A DNA stretch of 64,000 bases from Heteronotia binoei (Eukaryota). This document shows, in pieces, positions 47,501 to 60,868 of the stretch. Below the pieces are notes generated by a model. That model was not told the DNA's origin, did no database searches, and saw nothing but the letters and a program-made list of their open reading frames with translations. The stretch lies in contig NC_083236.1 of NCBI RefSeq assembly GCF_032191835.1, forward strand, positions 70,990,001 through 71,054,000, read 5' to 3'. How positions within the stretch are numbered: position 1 is the stretch's first letter; every line of letters begins with the position of its first letter. Position numbers and translations under genes: made by a program.

Positions 47501-49921
47501 GCTGATTCACTGGGAGCCTGCAGAAAGGGCCTCTTAATGGCATGCAGTTTCTGAGTAGGGCGGGGGTGAAGGTCTGGCAGCAAGTGTTTGGGGGGTCCTC
47601 TCTGGGGGCTTTTGGGCCAGGTGGAAGCAGGAGGGGCCACAGCTCCATGTCTTGGCTGGACTTTCTCCAGGTGGGAAGGAATAAGCCACCTTATGATCTT
47701 GTAATACTTGCTCTTGGGGGGGGGGGTAGAAGTTGCTCAGAGAAGTTGCTGGAACTAACGTGGCTGGTGGCCCAGTTTTTAAAAAATTGGTGCGTGCATA
47801 TGTGTATACCTGGAAGTCATGCCTGACTTCTGGCGGCCGCTAGTGGGGCTTGGACATTTCAGAAAGGTGGGTTGCTATTGCCTGCCTCTGCCTCCCGGCC
47901 TTGGTATTCCTTGGAGGTTTCCCCTTCGAGTACTTGCCAGAGTCAGCCCTGCTTCGCTTCTGAGGTCTGACAAGATTGGGTGTGGCTGAGCTTATTATCC
48001 AGGCTGGGGCAGCCCTGTCTTTCACAGAGTCCTGCACTTGAATCGCCAGCTTCCTTCAAGATCCTGGTTGTGTCTCTTATAGCCTGGGGGGGCCTCTTGG
48101 ATTCCTGAAAGGTCCCCTTCTGTTCCCCCCCAACACGGGATCATCTGGAATGGCTGTATGCAGAGACAACATGCAGCGGATGGTGGGACCACTGTTCTGG
48201 GGGGGGTGGTAGCATCATGAAATCTGCTTCCTCCCCCACTTGCTACATTCCTCTCTAATCTGAGGTTGGTGAAAACAACTCTTGAGGGGGGGGGTGTTGT
48301 GTGAAACAGCAAATGAGCAGAGCTTCTGGTTCGTGCTGCTCCTTGTACCGATGCAGGCGTCTTTTGGCTTTGTGGGTTGGCTCCTGTGAGTGCAGACACT
48401 GCATCCTTCTAAATGACCTTTTAAAAACAATGGTGATCCCCCCCCCCACCGTGTGGGTTGAGTGGGGTCCCAAAAGCAGGTTCCTGAAGGAAGGCAGAGC
48501 ATGAAGGCAGGAAGGGCTGCACCAGGGCTTAGTTCGTGTGGCTCCTTCTTCCACTCCTGGGGAAATGTTGGTTGCCACTTTGGGGTCTGGAGGCAGTTTC
48601 TCTCCAGGCCAGGCATCCTGGAGGGTTTTTGCCGTCTTCTGGGTGTGGAGCCCGCAGGGGTCACTGGGGGTGTCTGTGTGTTTTCTGAATGTCCTGCCTG
48701 CCTTGTGCAGGGGGTTGAACTAGATGACCCTGGGGGTCCCTTCCAACTCTAGGATTCTAAGAGTGAAGCAGACGAGGCGGGGCTGGCTTGGATGGGCTGC
48801 AAGCACGAGCCCCCGAAGATTGTCAGCTCTGTGTCTGTTGTGTTTGGGACTTTTGTGCCTGCCTCAGATTGGCCAGAGACATGCAGCTGGATGCTCCTTT
48901 TCTTCATGTTGTGTGAGGTGTGTCTGTCTTTGCTTCCTTTCGTAAGTCAGGCAGCTGCTGTCCTCAACCTGCCTGTGCCTGGAATATGTTTCCTTCATTT
49001 GTTCCCTCCTTTTCTCCCCACTGGGCCCCTAGAGCACTTTCTGTTCTCCATTTTGGCCTCCCCACAGCCTGTGAGGTAGGCTGGCTGAGGGGGGGGGGCA
49101 GTTCCAAGGTCACCCAGCAAGCTTCCATGGCGGACTGATGACTCGAACTCAGGCCTCCCAGATCTTAGTATTGCATTAACTGCTGAGCCATGCTTGGTCT
49201 CTGTTGGCTGCTTGTTCTCCACTGTCTGTTGTGGGGTGGGCAGCTTCCATGCATTCAACAAGGTCAGGACAGGGAGGGAGGGAGGAGCATGTGCAGTTGG
49301 TTCTGGCTTTGGAAAAAGAGAAGACTTTCAGCAGCAGAACCCCCAGAGTGGGGGGGGGGAGGAAGCCCCCCAGCTTGGACTGAGTAGGGCCTGGCCTGCC
49401 CCCCCTCCAGAGGAGCAAAGCTGCCTGAGGCCGGGTTCCCCTCCCCGCTGGGCGAGCAGTTCAAGGGCTCCCTTACTGATGACCTGCTGACCCCCCCCCC
49501 AGCCTGGAAAGGGCAAACAAAGCCCTCCCCCTGCCAGATGCGATCTGCCTTCCCAGGGTGGGCGAGGGCTGCAAAGGCTTCCCCCGAGGATCCCTTATCA
49601 GAGGCGCATTCCAATCTCCCTTCTCCAACCTCCGGCCCCTCAATTAGGGGACTTGTTCACACTTGAGCTGAGGTGGGTCGGAGGATGGCTTGTCTAGATA
49701 ACAACTGCGGAGGCTCAGGAGGGCTCCGATGAAATGGACTTTGAGCTGCAGCCAGCCTCTGGCAAAACCAAGCACTGTCTAGTTAAGGTGTGGGGGGGGG
49801 AAACAACACGACTCCCTCCTTGGGGATCAGACGTAAGTGGTTGTTTGGAGCTGTTCCCCGCCAGGCTTGGATCCGGGCCTTGCGTTAATGAGGGCCCCTG
49901 CTCTTCCTCCCCTCCCCCCAG

Positions 49922-50133
49922 TTCAGTTTGAAGACTGCACGGGATGGAAGCTGGCACGCTACAGCACCGAGGACGCCAACTTCAGGGTGCTGGCGGATGG
50001 CACAGTCCTGGTGAGGCACCGCACGCAGCTGCGTGGAGAGGCGAGGACTTTCGTGGTGCAGGCCTGGGATTCCACCGGCACCAAATCCTCAGCCGTGGTG
50101 ACCGTGCGGAACAAAGGCCGTCATTCTCCACAG
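49922..50133 (+). CDS. CDH3: CDH3 exon 3, prodomain (QFEDCTG...FVVQAWDS...HSPQ)
   Basis: 212 nt, phases 1 to 0; FEDC, DG and AWD prodomain motifs. Confidence 0.92.
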
Positions 50134-51964
50134 GTAATGTGCAGAGAGCACCTGGCGGGCCTGCGGGGAGCGTGGGCGCCATGGCAACCTTTGTGCCGCA
50201 GTAGGCTGTTGTGGTGGGAAGGATGCCAATGGAGCGGGCTGTTCCCCCGCAGGTAGGAAACACCTCTCCAGGGAGGGGCTCCCTCTGCCCAAGGCCTGAG
50301 GGAGAGTTCTTCCTGGGGCAGAAATAGCTCTGGGTTCCCCAGCCATGGAAACGGGGCTCTTGCGCACAGCTAGCTGCTGGGAGTTCCTTCAGGGATGCCC
50401 TGTGAGGAGGGCCTGGCACCACAGCACACAGAAGGGCAGCCTGGCTCCTCAACAGTGCCAGACATTCTCAAGGGAATCTCTGCTGTGCAGACTTCCAGCT
50501 CTCGTTCCAGCCTTGCGTCTGGTTCTAAGCGAACACCAGCCTGGCAAATGTATGAATTGGCATTGCGTTCAGCTGCTCTTGCCGGCTGCTACAGACCTCT
50601 GGGCCATCAAATTAAAATGCATTACAAGGCCAGTTTTTAGAATACTAGAGAAGAAAAAAGAAGATATTGGATTTATATCCTGCCCTATACTCTGAATCTC
50701 AGTCTCAGAGTGGTCACAATCTCCTTTTATCTCCCCCACCCCACCCCCAACAGACACCCTATGAGGTGGATGGGGCTGAGAGAGCTCTCCCAGAAGCTGC
50801 CCTTTCTTTCAAGGACAACCTCTGCCAGAGCTGTGGCTGACCCAAGGCCGTTCCAGCAGCTGCAAGTGGAGGAGTGGGGAATCAAACCTAGTTCTCTCAG
50901 ATAAGAGTCCGCACACTTCACCACTACACCAAACAAAACTGGACACTCTGGAGGCTTCCTGGTCATAACTCCCCACGCCCTCCACCGAGAATCTGTCCTG
51001 TTATCAGTGCCCTCTTTTTGTTTGGGTTTTCAAGACAGACTACAGTTGCTCCTTCTCCTCCTCCTCCTCCCATCCAAATCCCCAATGTAAGGCTTCCTGA
51101 TTGTGAGGGAATTCTCAGGTTCTGCCTCCTCCCCCCACCCCAGGCCCTGTCTTTGTCCCCAAACGCAGCCCCTGCACGCCCCCCCCCCCCCACATTCCTG
51201 GCACTTGAATATGTCCAAACCTGCCAATTTCAAAGGTGGCTCTGGGACTCGTGGGTGGGAATCTGAGCCCTGGGGGTGGGAGGGGGTTTTGTGGCAGCTT
51301 TGCCCAGGCTCTCAGCATTGGAAGCTTCAGACACACCCCGAGGGGTTTCTGGCCTGTGGAAGAAGCAGCCCTCTCTGCAGGTGGGTTGGGGGGTGTTTTG
51401 GCAGCAGCTGCTGCATTTGCTGCTTGTGGCTTTGGCATGAGGAAACTGGGAATTACAGGCCCCTTTTGTTATGGGCTCAGCAGCACTGGGCCGAGAACGG
51501 CTGGCGGGGCTGTTGCTTAAACCAGCTCCTGACAATTTGCAGAGAACAAAGCAAGAGTCAAGTGGCACCTTCAAGGCCAACCAAGTTTGATTCAGAATGG
51601 AAGGTTTCGTGTGCTAGAAGCACACTTCTAGCACACAAATCAAACTTCGCTGGTCTTAAAGGTGCCACTTGACTCTTGCTTTGTTCTGCTGCTTCAGCCC
51701 AACACGGCTGCCAACCTGGATCTATCTACATTTTGCAGAGAGTTTCCAAGAGGGGCTGCATAGGAGAGGTCAGGGGGCAGTCACTAAGGATTGGGAGGAC
51801 TTCACAGGTCTTGTGCTCCCTCCTGCCCTGGCTGAGGATTGCACGCTGCTCTCTTTCCCCCTTTCAGGCAACTGTGTGCTCAGCAGGACCCCGGTTGCAG
51901 CTGTAGCCAGGGGAGCCATTCCTTTAAGTTTCTTGTCCACATGGAAAATTCTGCTCTGTTGCAG

Positions 51965-52111
51965 GAGGAGTCTGGTCCTGCCAACCAAGTGGAGGTGCAA
52001 AGGTTTCCAGGGCCCAGGTCTGGCCTGAAGCGGCAGAAGAGGGATTGGGTGATTCCACCCATCAAAGTCCCTGAAAACGAGAGGGGCCCCTTCCCCAAGA
52101 AGCTGGTCCAG
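51965..52111 (+). CDS. CDH3: CDH3 exon 4 (...GLKRQKR|[23 protein letters not shown])
   Basis: 147 nt; furin site; [15 protein letters not shown] matches recalled chicken B-cadherin better than E-cadherin. Confidence 0.93.
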
Positions 52112-52512
52112 GTGAAGCAGTGTCTTGAAAGGCTCAAGTCTGGGGGGGCGGTGCTGCTTGCGGGCTGCAGGTCACCCTGGGATGGGTGGGGCAAAAGGCC
52201 AGGCCCACTTTTTCTGCTGCAGGAGCTCCCATAGGAGATGGGTCTGACCAAGGCCACTTCTTGGCATTCTGCAACCGGTCACTCTTTTTGCAAAGGGGAG
52301 CGGGGTTGTGGCTTGGTGGCAGAGCCCCTGCTTGGCCTACAAACTTCCTGGTCCTTACCATCCCATTTACAAGGAGCTTCAGGGGCCCAGAGAAGCCTCT
52401 TCCTAGCAGAGCCTCTGGAGGATGTGGGGCACGGAGAGAAGACAGCCCCGTGTGCCCAAAGGCGATCCCTGCCTGGTTAGCAGCAGCTCCCCTCTTTGTT
52501 TCTTGGCTTCAG

Positions 52513-52667
52513 ATCCAATCCAACAGGAACAAAATAACCAAGATCTTCTACAGCATTACTGGGCAGGGAGCAGACATGCCCCCTGAGGGCGTCTTTACCA
52601 TTGAGAAGGAGTCGGGTTGATGGAAGTGACGCAGCCATTGGACAGAGAGGCAACTGCAAAGTACCTT
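52513..52667 (+). CDS. CDH3: CDH3 exon 5 with apparent 1-nt deletion ([21 protein letters not shown]...KESG[W][16 protein letters not shown])
   Basis: 155 nt rather than 156; GGT TG ATG GAA instead of GGT TGG ATG GAA creates TGA at 52618-52620. Confidence 0.92.
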
Positions 52668-52865
52668 GTAAGCGACTGCTTCCTAGTCGGGGTCTCTTGC
52701 GGGGCTGAAGAGCCAGGGGCCTGGGGAGCGGCAGGCTGGGGGTGGGGGCGCTTTTCACCTGGGACCGAGTTGAGGAGGAGGAGCTCTGTCCCACACCGAG
52801 GGGATGGAGGAAAGGCGTCTGATGAGGGGCTCAAGCTCTTTCCATGCTGACTTCCTTCCCTGCAG

Positions 52866-53010
52866 CTTCTTTCGCATGCCGTGTCTGAAAACGGGAAGCC
52901 TGTAGAGGAACCGATGGATATAATAATCACAGTTACTGACCAAAATGACAACAAGCCCGTGTTCACCCAGGAGGTCTTCCGAGGGTCTGTCATGGAAGGA
53001 GCAACACCGG
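52866..53010 (+). CDS. CDH3: CDH3 exon 6 ([33 protein letters not shown]...GATP)
   Basis: 145 nt; HAV motif and DQNDNKP calcium-binding linker. Confidence 0.95.
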
Positions 53011-53067
53011 GTAAGGGGAACGGTGGACTTAGAGTGGGGAGAAAGAGGAGATGGGGAGAAAGTTGCT

Positions 53068-53500
53068 GTAGTTTGGTGTAGTGGTTAAGTGTGCGGACTC
53101 TTATCTGGGAGAACCGGGTTTGATTCCCCACTCCTTCACTTGCAGCTGCTGGAATGGTCTTGAGTCAGCCATAGCCCTCTTATCTGGGAGAACCGGGTTT
53201 GATTCCCCACTCCTCCACTTGCAGCTGCTAGAATGGCCTTGGGTCAGCCAGAGCTCTCTTATCTGGGAGAACCGGGTTTGATTCCCCACTCCTCCACTTG
53301 CAGCTGCTGGAATGGCCCTGGGTCAGCCAGAGCTCTCATAGGAGTCATCCTCGAAAGGGCAGCTTTTGTCAGAGCTCTCTCAGCCCCACCCACCGCACAG
53401 GGAATCTGTTGTGGGGGGAGAAGATATAGGAGATTGTAAGACGCTCTGAGACTCTGAAGATTCAGAGTGGAGGACAGGATTCAAATCCAATGTCGTCATC
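53068..53500 (+). mobile_element. Family B SINE with 3 internal 79-bp units (a similar minus-strand copy lies at about 53765-54205)
   Basis: Same unit as the 33826 array. Confidence 0.88.
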
Positions 53501-54677
53501 ATTTTCTTTGAGAAGCAGGGAGAGAGAATAGAAAGACCTTCCCCTCATTCTGTGTCTCTTCAAAACTCTGTTAGAACTTAGTTCCTGATGTGCTTTGAAG
53601 GGTGTTGCTTAAGTGTGTGCCATGCTTACAACTGGGTTGCTACGAGGTGGATTGTTCCACCCTATCCATGCTTCCAGGTAAGTGAAGATACTGCTCCATC
53701 TCAGCTACGTGGAGTACACGCTGGAGGAGGTCTGTTCCTAGAGGTGGCTATGGCAAGACGCCTTCTAGAAGAAGAAGAAGAAGACTGCAGATTTATACCC
53801 CGCCCTTCTCTCTGAATCAGAGTCTCAGAATGGCTTACAGTCTCCTTTCCCTTCCTCCCCCACAGACACCCTGTGAGGTGGGTGGGGCTGGAGAGGGCTC
53901 TCACAGCAGCTGCCCTTTCAAGGACAACCTCTGCCAGAGCTCTGGCTGACCCAAGGCCATTCTAGCAGGTGCAAGTGAAGGAGTGGGGAATCAAACCTGG
54001 TTCTCCCAGATGAGAGAGCTCTGTCTGACCCAAGGCCATTCCAGCAGCTGCAAGTGGAGGAGTGGGGAATCAAACCCAGTTCTCCCAGATAAGAGAGCTC
54101 TGGCTGACCCAAGGCCATTCCAGCAGCTGCAAGTGGAGGAGGGGGGAATCAAACCCGGTTCTCCCAGATGAGAGACCGTGCACTTAACCACTGCACCAAA
54201 CTGGCTCCATCCTGCTTCATGGTAGCTGTGGAGCTTTCCTCCAGCTATTCTTCTGTGTCCCACAGCCAAGGGATTGCTGAAGGTTTCACATGTTCTATCT
54301 GGTCTGCTAAGTGTGGGGAGGAGGAGGAGGAAGCCCAGAGACAGCTGAAAAAAATTCCCTTTGGGTCTTGGTCAGGAAGCTAATCACACGGCAGTCCAAT
54401 ATTTGGAATAGGAAAGCAGAAAGCGAAGGGGACCAGCAAGAACATGGCTTCTGCTTCTCTGTTCTTGGGAGCAGCCGTCCCTCAAGACAGAGCACAACTG
54501 TTGCTTGCAGAAGACCCCCGGCTCAGTCACCAGCATCTCCAGTTGAAAGTCCTCTGCTGGCTGGCAGGGTTGGGCGACCTGTCAGTTGTCTCCAAAGCCA
54601 CTGCTGGTGACAGCAGGCAGGGCAGGCTAGCTGGACTGGGCCTGTGTCACCTGTCGCCTTCCTCTCTCCACCGCCAG

Positions 54678-54853
54678 GGACCTCCGTGATGCAAGTCTCT
54701 GCCACGGATGCTGACGATGCCCTGGACTCCTACAACGGGGTGGTGGCCTACTCCATCCTGAGCCAAATGCCAGGGGAGCCCGAGAAGCAGATGTTTGCCA
54801 TCAACAGGGAGACTGGGGCCATCAGCGTGATTGCCAGTGGCTTGGACAGAGAG
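54678..54853 (+). CDS. CDH3: CDH3 exon 7 ([13 protein letters not shown]...SGLDRE)
   Basis: 176 nt; AxDxDD and LDRE motifs. Confidence 0.95.
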
Positions 54854-55552
54854 GTGAGGTGCCTGGGGAACGGAGGGTCTGGACTCCATGGTGATGGATG
54901 ATGGCACTGATTCTGCCCGGGTACAGTCTCTTACCAGGCCTTGCATCCTCTGGCCACCCTCTCTGGCCATTCTGTTACATTCCAAGTGCAAACGGCTACT
55001 CATGGGGCACGTTCTCTTCCCCTGGGAGTCCCTGCCTTCGGAGCCGTCTGCTGCCCTCTCCCTGTTGCCTTTGCCAGGCTCACAAGAAGGGCATTTGGCT
55101 CAACAAGCGCTTGAGTCTGTTGAGAGGCGGCTTGTGCTGAAGGGCGCTTGCTTATATCAAGCCCTGAATCTCGTCTAGTGGCTGCGGGGTGAGCGTGTGT
55201 CTAAACTGCTGGTTTATCACAAGCTGCTCCAAACCACAGGGAGAAGCAGGAGAGAAATGTTTAATAAACAGCTGACCCAGTTGTGATGGAGAAGTGTCCC
55301 TGCGGTGCCAGCTGGTTCCCAAATCCTGGGTGTAGCTGCTGCGTGCCGGCTTCAGGACGCAAGGCACACCTTCCTGCTGGAGCAGGTCTGGGGCTCAGGC
55401 CTAGAGGGTCTGATGGACATGCAGAAGATGCAGGGTCCAGCTCTGGAGGCCTCTCCTTTAAGGACTGCATCACTGACGATGGAGGGGAAGGAGCTCTGCT
55501 GGGGAGCCTTTTCTCAGCAGAGGAGAGAAGACCACGAGTCAGGAGGAAGCAG

Positions 55553-55555
<3 letters not shown>

Positions 55556-55583
<28 letters not shown>
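55556..55583. repeat. (GT)n microsatellite
   Basis: Read directly. Confidence 0.9.
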
Positions 55584-55584
<1 letters not shown>

Positions 55585-55738
55585 TCCCAGCCACTTCACA
55601 TTAAAGAGGCCTGCGAGTCTGCTTTGTATTTGAGGGGCAGGTGGGAGGCCTGGTGCTGATGGGTGGGTGGATTCCCTGTGAAATGGGCATGTCTGCCTGC
55701 TTGCTGGTAGAGCTAACGGGAGCGTCTTCCTCTTCCAG

Positions 55739-55867
55739 AGAGTGCAGGCGTACACGCTCATCTTGCAAGCCGCTGACTTGGATGGCAAAGGCCTGACCAC
55801 CACGGCATCCGCAGTGATCGAAATTGCCGATGCAAATGACAACGCCCCCCAGTTCAGCCCCCCAACG
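55739..55867 (+). CDS. CDH3: CDH3 exon 8 ([16 protein letters not shown]...[13 protein letters not shown])
   Basis: 129 nt; DxNDNxP motif. Confidence 0.95.
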
Positions 55868-56245
55868 GTAATGGACAGCCTCCTTGGGGGAGGGGCATCT
55901 GCTTCCAAAGAGGATCGCCATGGGCTGTCTCCACAAAGGAGCTGGAGGGGAGGGGGGATCAGTAGCTGGGGTCTTTCTAGGCTGAAGTCCTCATCCAGGC
56001 TGCAGGTGCCCTCTGTCCGTTAAGGCCCAGGTGGGCTGCTAAGGCCCTGGGGGTTTTGTAGCCAAGTGGAGGGAAGGTGGACTGGATGGGGCAAGGGCCT
56101 GGGGGTGTCAAGAGCAGGGAAGTAAGAAGTTATCTCCCCCCCAAGAAAAAATAACCTTTCTTCATGTCCCCAGCTGAGCACAATCCTGGCCCCATGTGCT
56201 GGTGCTGATGGCTGATTGCTGACTCTGTGGGAGATGGGTCTTGAC

Positions 56246-56612
56246 CAGGGATGGCTACACTGGTGTCGAGCAAGAGCCACACAGAATAAATGTCAGATGT
56301 TTGAGAGCCACAAGACACGGACATCAGAGGAAGGAAGGAAGGAAGGAAGGAAGGAAGGAAGGAAGGAAGGAAGGAAGGAAGGAAGGAAGGAAGGAAGGAA
56401 GGAAGGAAAAATAGATGGGGAGGGAGGGAGAAGTAGAAAGTAAACAACTTTAATTGCATTATCTAAGCCACCAGCTGGCTTGGCTTGGAGAAGTGATTTA
56501 AAGAGAGAAATGCCTTTTCCACATGGGCTGAATGTGGGGGGGCCTTCGAGAGCCACACAATATGTGTGAAAGAGCCACGTGTGGCTCCCGAGCCGCAGTT
56601 TGGCCACCCCTG
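56246..56612. mobile_element. hAT-type MITE carrying (GGAA)n at about 56329-56407
   Basis: TIRs CAGGGATGGCTACACT / AGTTTGGCCACCCCTG; 8-bp TSD GTCTTGAC on both sides. Confidence 0.88.
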
Positions 56613-56747
56613 GTCTTGACTGCTGTTGAAGAGCGCTTCTTGCAGGCTCATGACTGCTCTTGGTCTTCTGTCTCAGCTGGATGCTGCACTGTGTACAGCA
56701 GGTAAACATTAAAACAAACGCCTCTGGGGTAATTGCGCTCTTTGCAG

Positions 56748-56933
56748 TACACGGCAGAGGTGGCAGAGAACGAAGCCGGCCTGGAGGTCGTACGGCTGTC
56801 TGTGACGGACATGGATGAGGCCAGCTCAGCTGCGTGGCGCGCCAAGTACAAGATCGTGCGTGGCAACGAGGGGGGCTTCTTCCGAGTATCCACCGACTTG
56901 GAGAGCAATGAAGGCATCGTGGAAACAGCCAAA
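56748..56933 (+). CDS. CDH3: CDH3 exon 9 (YTAEVAENE...SNEGIVETAK)
   Basis: 186 nt, AG/GT flanks. Confidence 0.95.
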
Positions 56934-58217
56934 GTAGGCGTTGAGCTTGCATCTGCTCTTCTGGGAGGGCCAAGGGAGGTGCGGGCCTTGAGGTGGCAAA
57001 CTCTGCAACCAGGAAACGTTTCTCCCTGGTGCAAGCTGGAAGACAACAGCCCTCAGTGGGGGAGTCTGGCTGCGGAGGCACCAAGTAGTATATGCCACAA
57101 TAACACACAGTGAGGAATCATAGAATCACAGAGTTGGAAGGGACCTCCAGGGTCATCTAGTCCAACCCCCTGCACAATGCAGGAAACTCACAAACCCCTC
57201 CCCCTAAATTCACAGGATCCTCATTGCTGTCAGATGGCCATCGAGCCTCTGTTGAAAAACCTCCAAGGAAGGAGAGCCCACCACCTCCCGAGGAGATGCC
57301 CTGCTTTCTTTTTGGCTTGTGAATAACATCCTCTCTGACACCTTTGGCTGTCTTGTTGGTCTCTCAGGTGCTGCGGAACTTGAACACAGCACTTCTACCG
57401 AAGACTGATATGGCTGCCCTCCCAAGATAGAGGAGTGGCTGTCCATTAAGGATATCCTCCCTGTAGAAAAGCAGTACCTGCTGCAGCCCCACTTTCAAAA
57501 ATCACACTTTTAAAAATCTGTCGAACTGGGAATTTGAGTACCAGTTGGTTTTGTGTCCTATTCATTTGTATAAAGAAGAGCTCCCTCCTTAAAGTGCTCC
57601 CTCATCAGTTGATGCAGTTGTACCAGTTTGGGAGCTTCTAACAGCTGCCATTTCTCATTCCATCTTGTGAAGTCCTCATAATTCTCCAGCTCTGTCCCCC
57701 CAGCTACAGGGGCACCTTGGCACACTCTGCCGCCAGCCGGCCTTGAGGCTGGTTGCAAGCAAACCCCTTCAATTGACCAAGCAGGTTGGGGGTGGGGGAG
57801 TGGCTGCCGCTGCTCCTGGTTACTCAGCAAATGACCTGGTTGCCCTTTGCGTGTTGGGGAAAAGGTAGGCAATTACTGAAAGAGCGGCCCTCCTTTTTTT
57901 AATGCAGTCGCTGAGGCTATATCCTGGATCTTGAGCGTGTTCTCTTAGCCAAACAGAATATCTTTTAATGACTGTATTGCTGAGAGAGGTCAGCTCATAG
58001 CATAGAGCTGAGGTAACTGGAATGCAGTGGTTTATGATGAGAATAGGGGTGGAGTGGGGGGGGCTGTTAGCATCTAAGTTCAGGCAGCAAAGCAATTTCC
58101 TGAGCCATAAAGGATGCTGCCCCAGCCTGCAGCAGCCTCTCCTGTTTACCTTTGGAGTCCAGCGGCGGCCAAGTTGGAGCCTCGCCTCTGACGTTTGCTT
58201 CTTCCTTTCCTCCCCAG

Positions 58218-58462
58218 GGCTTGGATTTTGAAGCAAGCAACCAGTTCGTGCTGCAGATTGCAGTGACCAATGAAGTCCCCTTTGCTGTGAAGTTGGCCAC
58301 GTCCACAGCCACGGTGACTGTCCATGTGAGGGACGTGAACGAGGCACCTGCCTTTGACCCTCTGGTCAAGATGGCCGACGTTTTGGAGGATGTCCCTCTC
58401 GGGCACAGAGTCACGGTGTACACAGCCCGGGACCCAGATAGGATGCAGTCCCAGAAAATCAA
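58218..58462 (+). CDS. CDH3: CDH3 exon 10 ([10 protein letters not shown]...DVNEAP...[10 protein letters not shown])
   Basis: 245 nt; LDFE and DVNEAP motifs. Confidence 0.95.
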
Positions 58463-58737
58463 GTAAGCCATTCAGCTGCTGTTACAGGCACGTTAACACA
58501 ACAGGCTGCTATCTGGAAGTGAAAGGGTTGGGCTGCTTCTACACACGGATTTCCCCCCATGTCGAATGCAGGAGGCTTCTAGATTAAAGGGGAGAGTCCA
58601 CGAGACAGCTTGCTCCTTTGGGAGCAGGACTTGTGTGGTTCCCAGGTTTTAAAGGAGAATTTAAGAACAACAACCTTATTTTGATTCCATTCAAAGGGGA
58701 CCCAAGGGGAGAAGTCACTTATGGATGCTCTACTTAA

Positions 58738-59307
58738 CAGGGGTGTCAAACTTATTTCTTATGAGGGCCGGATCAGTCATAAGTGAGACTTTGTTGGGCC
58801 GGGCTGTGTGTGTCATCAAATATAATGCCAGGCAACAGAGATATAAACTTTATACTGGACATAGACAAACACAAAGATTTTTTTAAAGCACAAAATAAAA
58901 CATTAGCACTCGGTCTTAAAGGTGCTTTCTTTATATCTCTCCCGTGCAATCCAGGGAACTGGGCAAAGGATACTCTGGCGCTTTCCTTCCTTTCGCAGGG
59001 GACCAGGAGGGGGAGGAGCTTCAGCCAATGGAAGAAAGAGAGGCTTGGCTCAGTAACTCTGCTGTGTGACTGAGAGCCTGGCAAGAAAGCTCTCCTCCCC
59101 CAAGGGAGGAGCCTCAGCCAATGGAGAAAACAGAGGTTTTGCTCTGTATCTCCTGTGCGATTGAGCAAGCCTTGCAAAACAAGCTGTGATGCAGAAGGAA
59201 GCAAGAGAGAGGGAGAAGGAAGCAGGTGATAGCCAGTTGTTCAGGGGCCTGATAGGAGCCCTCCGGGGGCCTGATTCAGCCCCTGGGCCGCATGTTTGAC
59301 ACCCCTG
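58738..59307. mobile_element. hAT-type MITE
   Basis: TIRs CAGGGGTGTCAAAC / GTTTGACACCCCTG; TSD not clean. Confidence 0.75.
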
Positions 59308-60868
59308 CTCTACCAGTTGCTCTGTCAGGGAGGGAAGAGGGAGTGAAGTTCAGCCTTCACAGTGGCCTGGGGCAACTTTCTGTCCCTCCCCTCTCCCTGC
59401 CTTCGGACCCTTAAAAGTGTCTTTGTGCTTTCCCTGCTGGACACTGTAGCAGGCTCAGCAGCGGAGGGGGGAATTGGGCCATGAAGGGTTCTTGTGTGAT
59501 CAATGTCTGCAGTCTTGCCTAGGTGCATTGGAGTTGAAGGGGGGGAGCGGCATTGATTGAGACACAGGGCCCGTGGATGCGCTGCCTCTGTGGGGAGACA
59601 CCCTTGATGGAGAGGGGGGCCATGACTGTGGCACCTTTAAGACTCACAGGTCTTTATTCTGGCATTAGCTCCCATGGACTAGAACTTGCTTCTTTAGATG
59701 CATCTCGTGGGCAGCCGTATGTGCCAGGCTGTGCAGAGAAATTATAAACAGCAGGGTGAAGGGGGCAGGAAACAGAGGGTGGAACATAATTACATGAAGT
59801 TCAAATACAGTCGCTCAGTTTTGCTTAGCTAGTTAATGCTCGAGATGACTGGAGAAGCCCTGGGTCCTTGTTAATTAAGACTTTGGAGATGTTATCAGAC
59901 TTCTTGATGAATTCTAATTAGCAGGCTTCAACCTGGAGCTTCCTTTGGAAGTTCTCTGGCTGGATGGAGAGTGGTGGCTTGCAGGTTAGCAGTAGCGTCT
60001 CCTGAGGGATTTACACTGCACATTTCTTGGGATTAAAGTAACCAAGCGGCAGACCAGACGGTCAAGTCCAGACTAGTTCTGAGAAATGGCCAAGTACAAA
60101 CAGTGCTCAGAAGAGAATGGAATGCCAATGGCTGTTCAGTTTCCAGCTCAAACCACTCCAAAGCATCGTGGGTGATGTAGTGCACATCCTGTGCAGTGAC
60201 AGCTCTCTTGGGGGGGGGGGCGCTCAGTGGTAGCACATCTACTTCATGCACAGAAGGTCCCCCCAGTTCAGTCCTCTGGCAGGTGAGGGGGAAGGCCCCT
60301 GCTTGAGCCCCTGGGCCTCTGCTGCCCAGTGGGGTGGGCAAGACCGACCCTGAGAGGCGGAGGGTCTGAGGCACTATAAGGCAGTGTCTTTGGGTGGCTT
60401 AGAGACAGGCCCCCCCATCCAAAATGATAACAGTAATGGGCTGCCTAGCAGACAAAAACAGAGACCAGCTCAGGCTCTAACTCCATCCCAGTCTCCATCC
60501 AGGCCCTGCTCTTTCAGGACCTAATCTTGGCCACTCACTCATCTGCTCCTCTAACGAGAAGAAGCAGCCGCCAAAGGAGGGGCAGGTGGGGCGGCCTCTA
60601 AGCAAAAGGTTCAGTCAGGCCAAATCTGACAAAAGGCAGCCTTCCTTCTTAGCCTCCTAGACGGGAGGCCCCTGACCTTGTTTCTGGGACTTGAGAGCCC
60701 TTGAGTGGGCCCCACTGCCACATGGCTGCCATGGGGTGCTGCTGGAGCCGGTCACAATACCTCCAGGGGTTCCAAGCCCCAAGGGATGCAGCTCTTTCCA
60801 AACAGGGGCTCAGTGGAAGCACAGAGGAGGGGCTTCCTCAGCTCTTCTGAAGTGCCTCTCCAGTGAAG

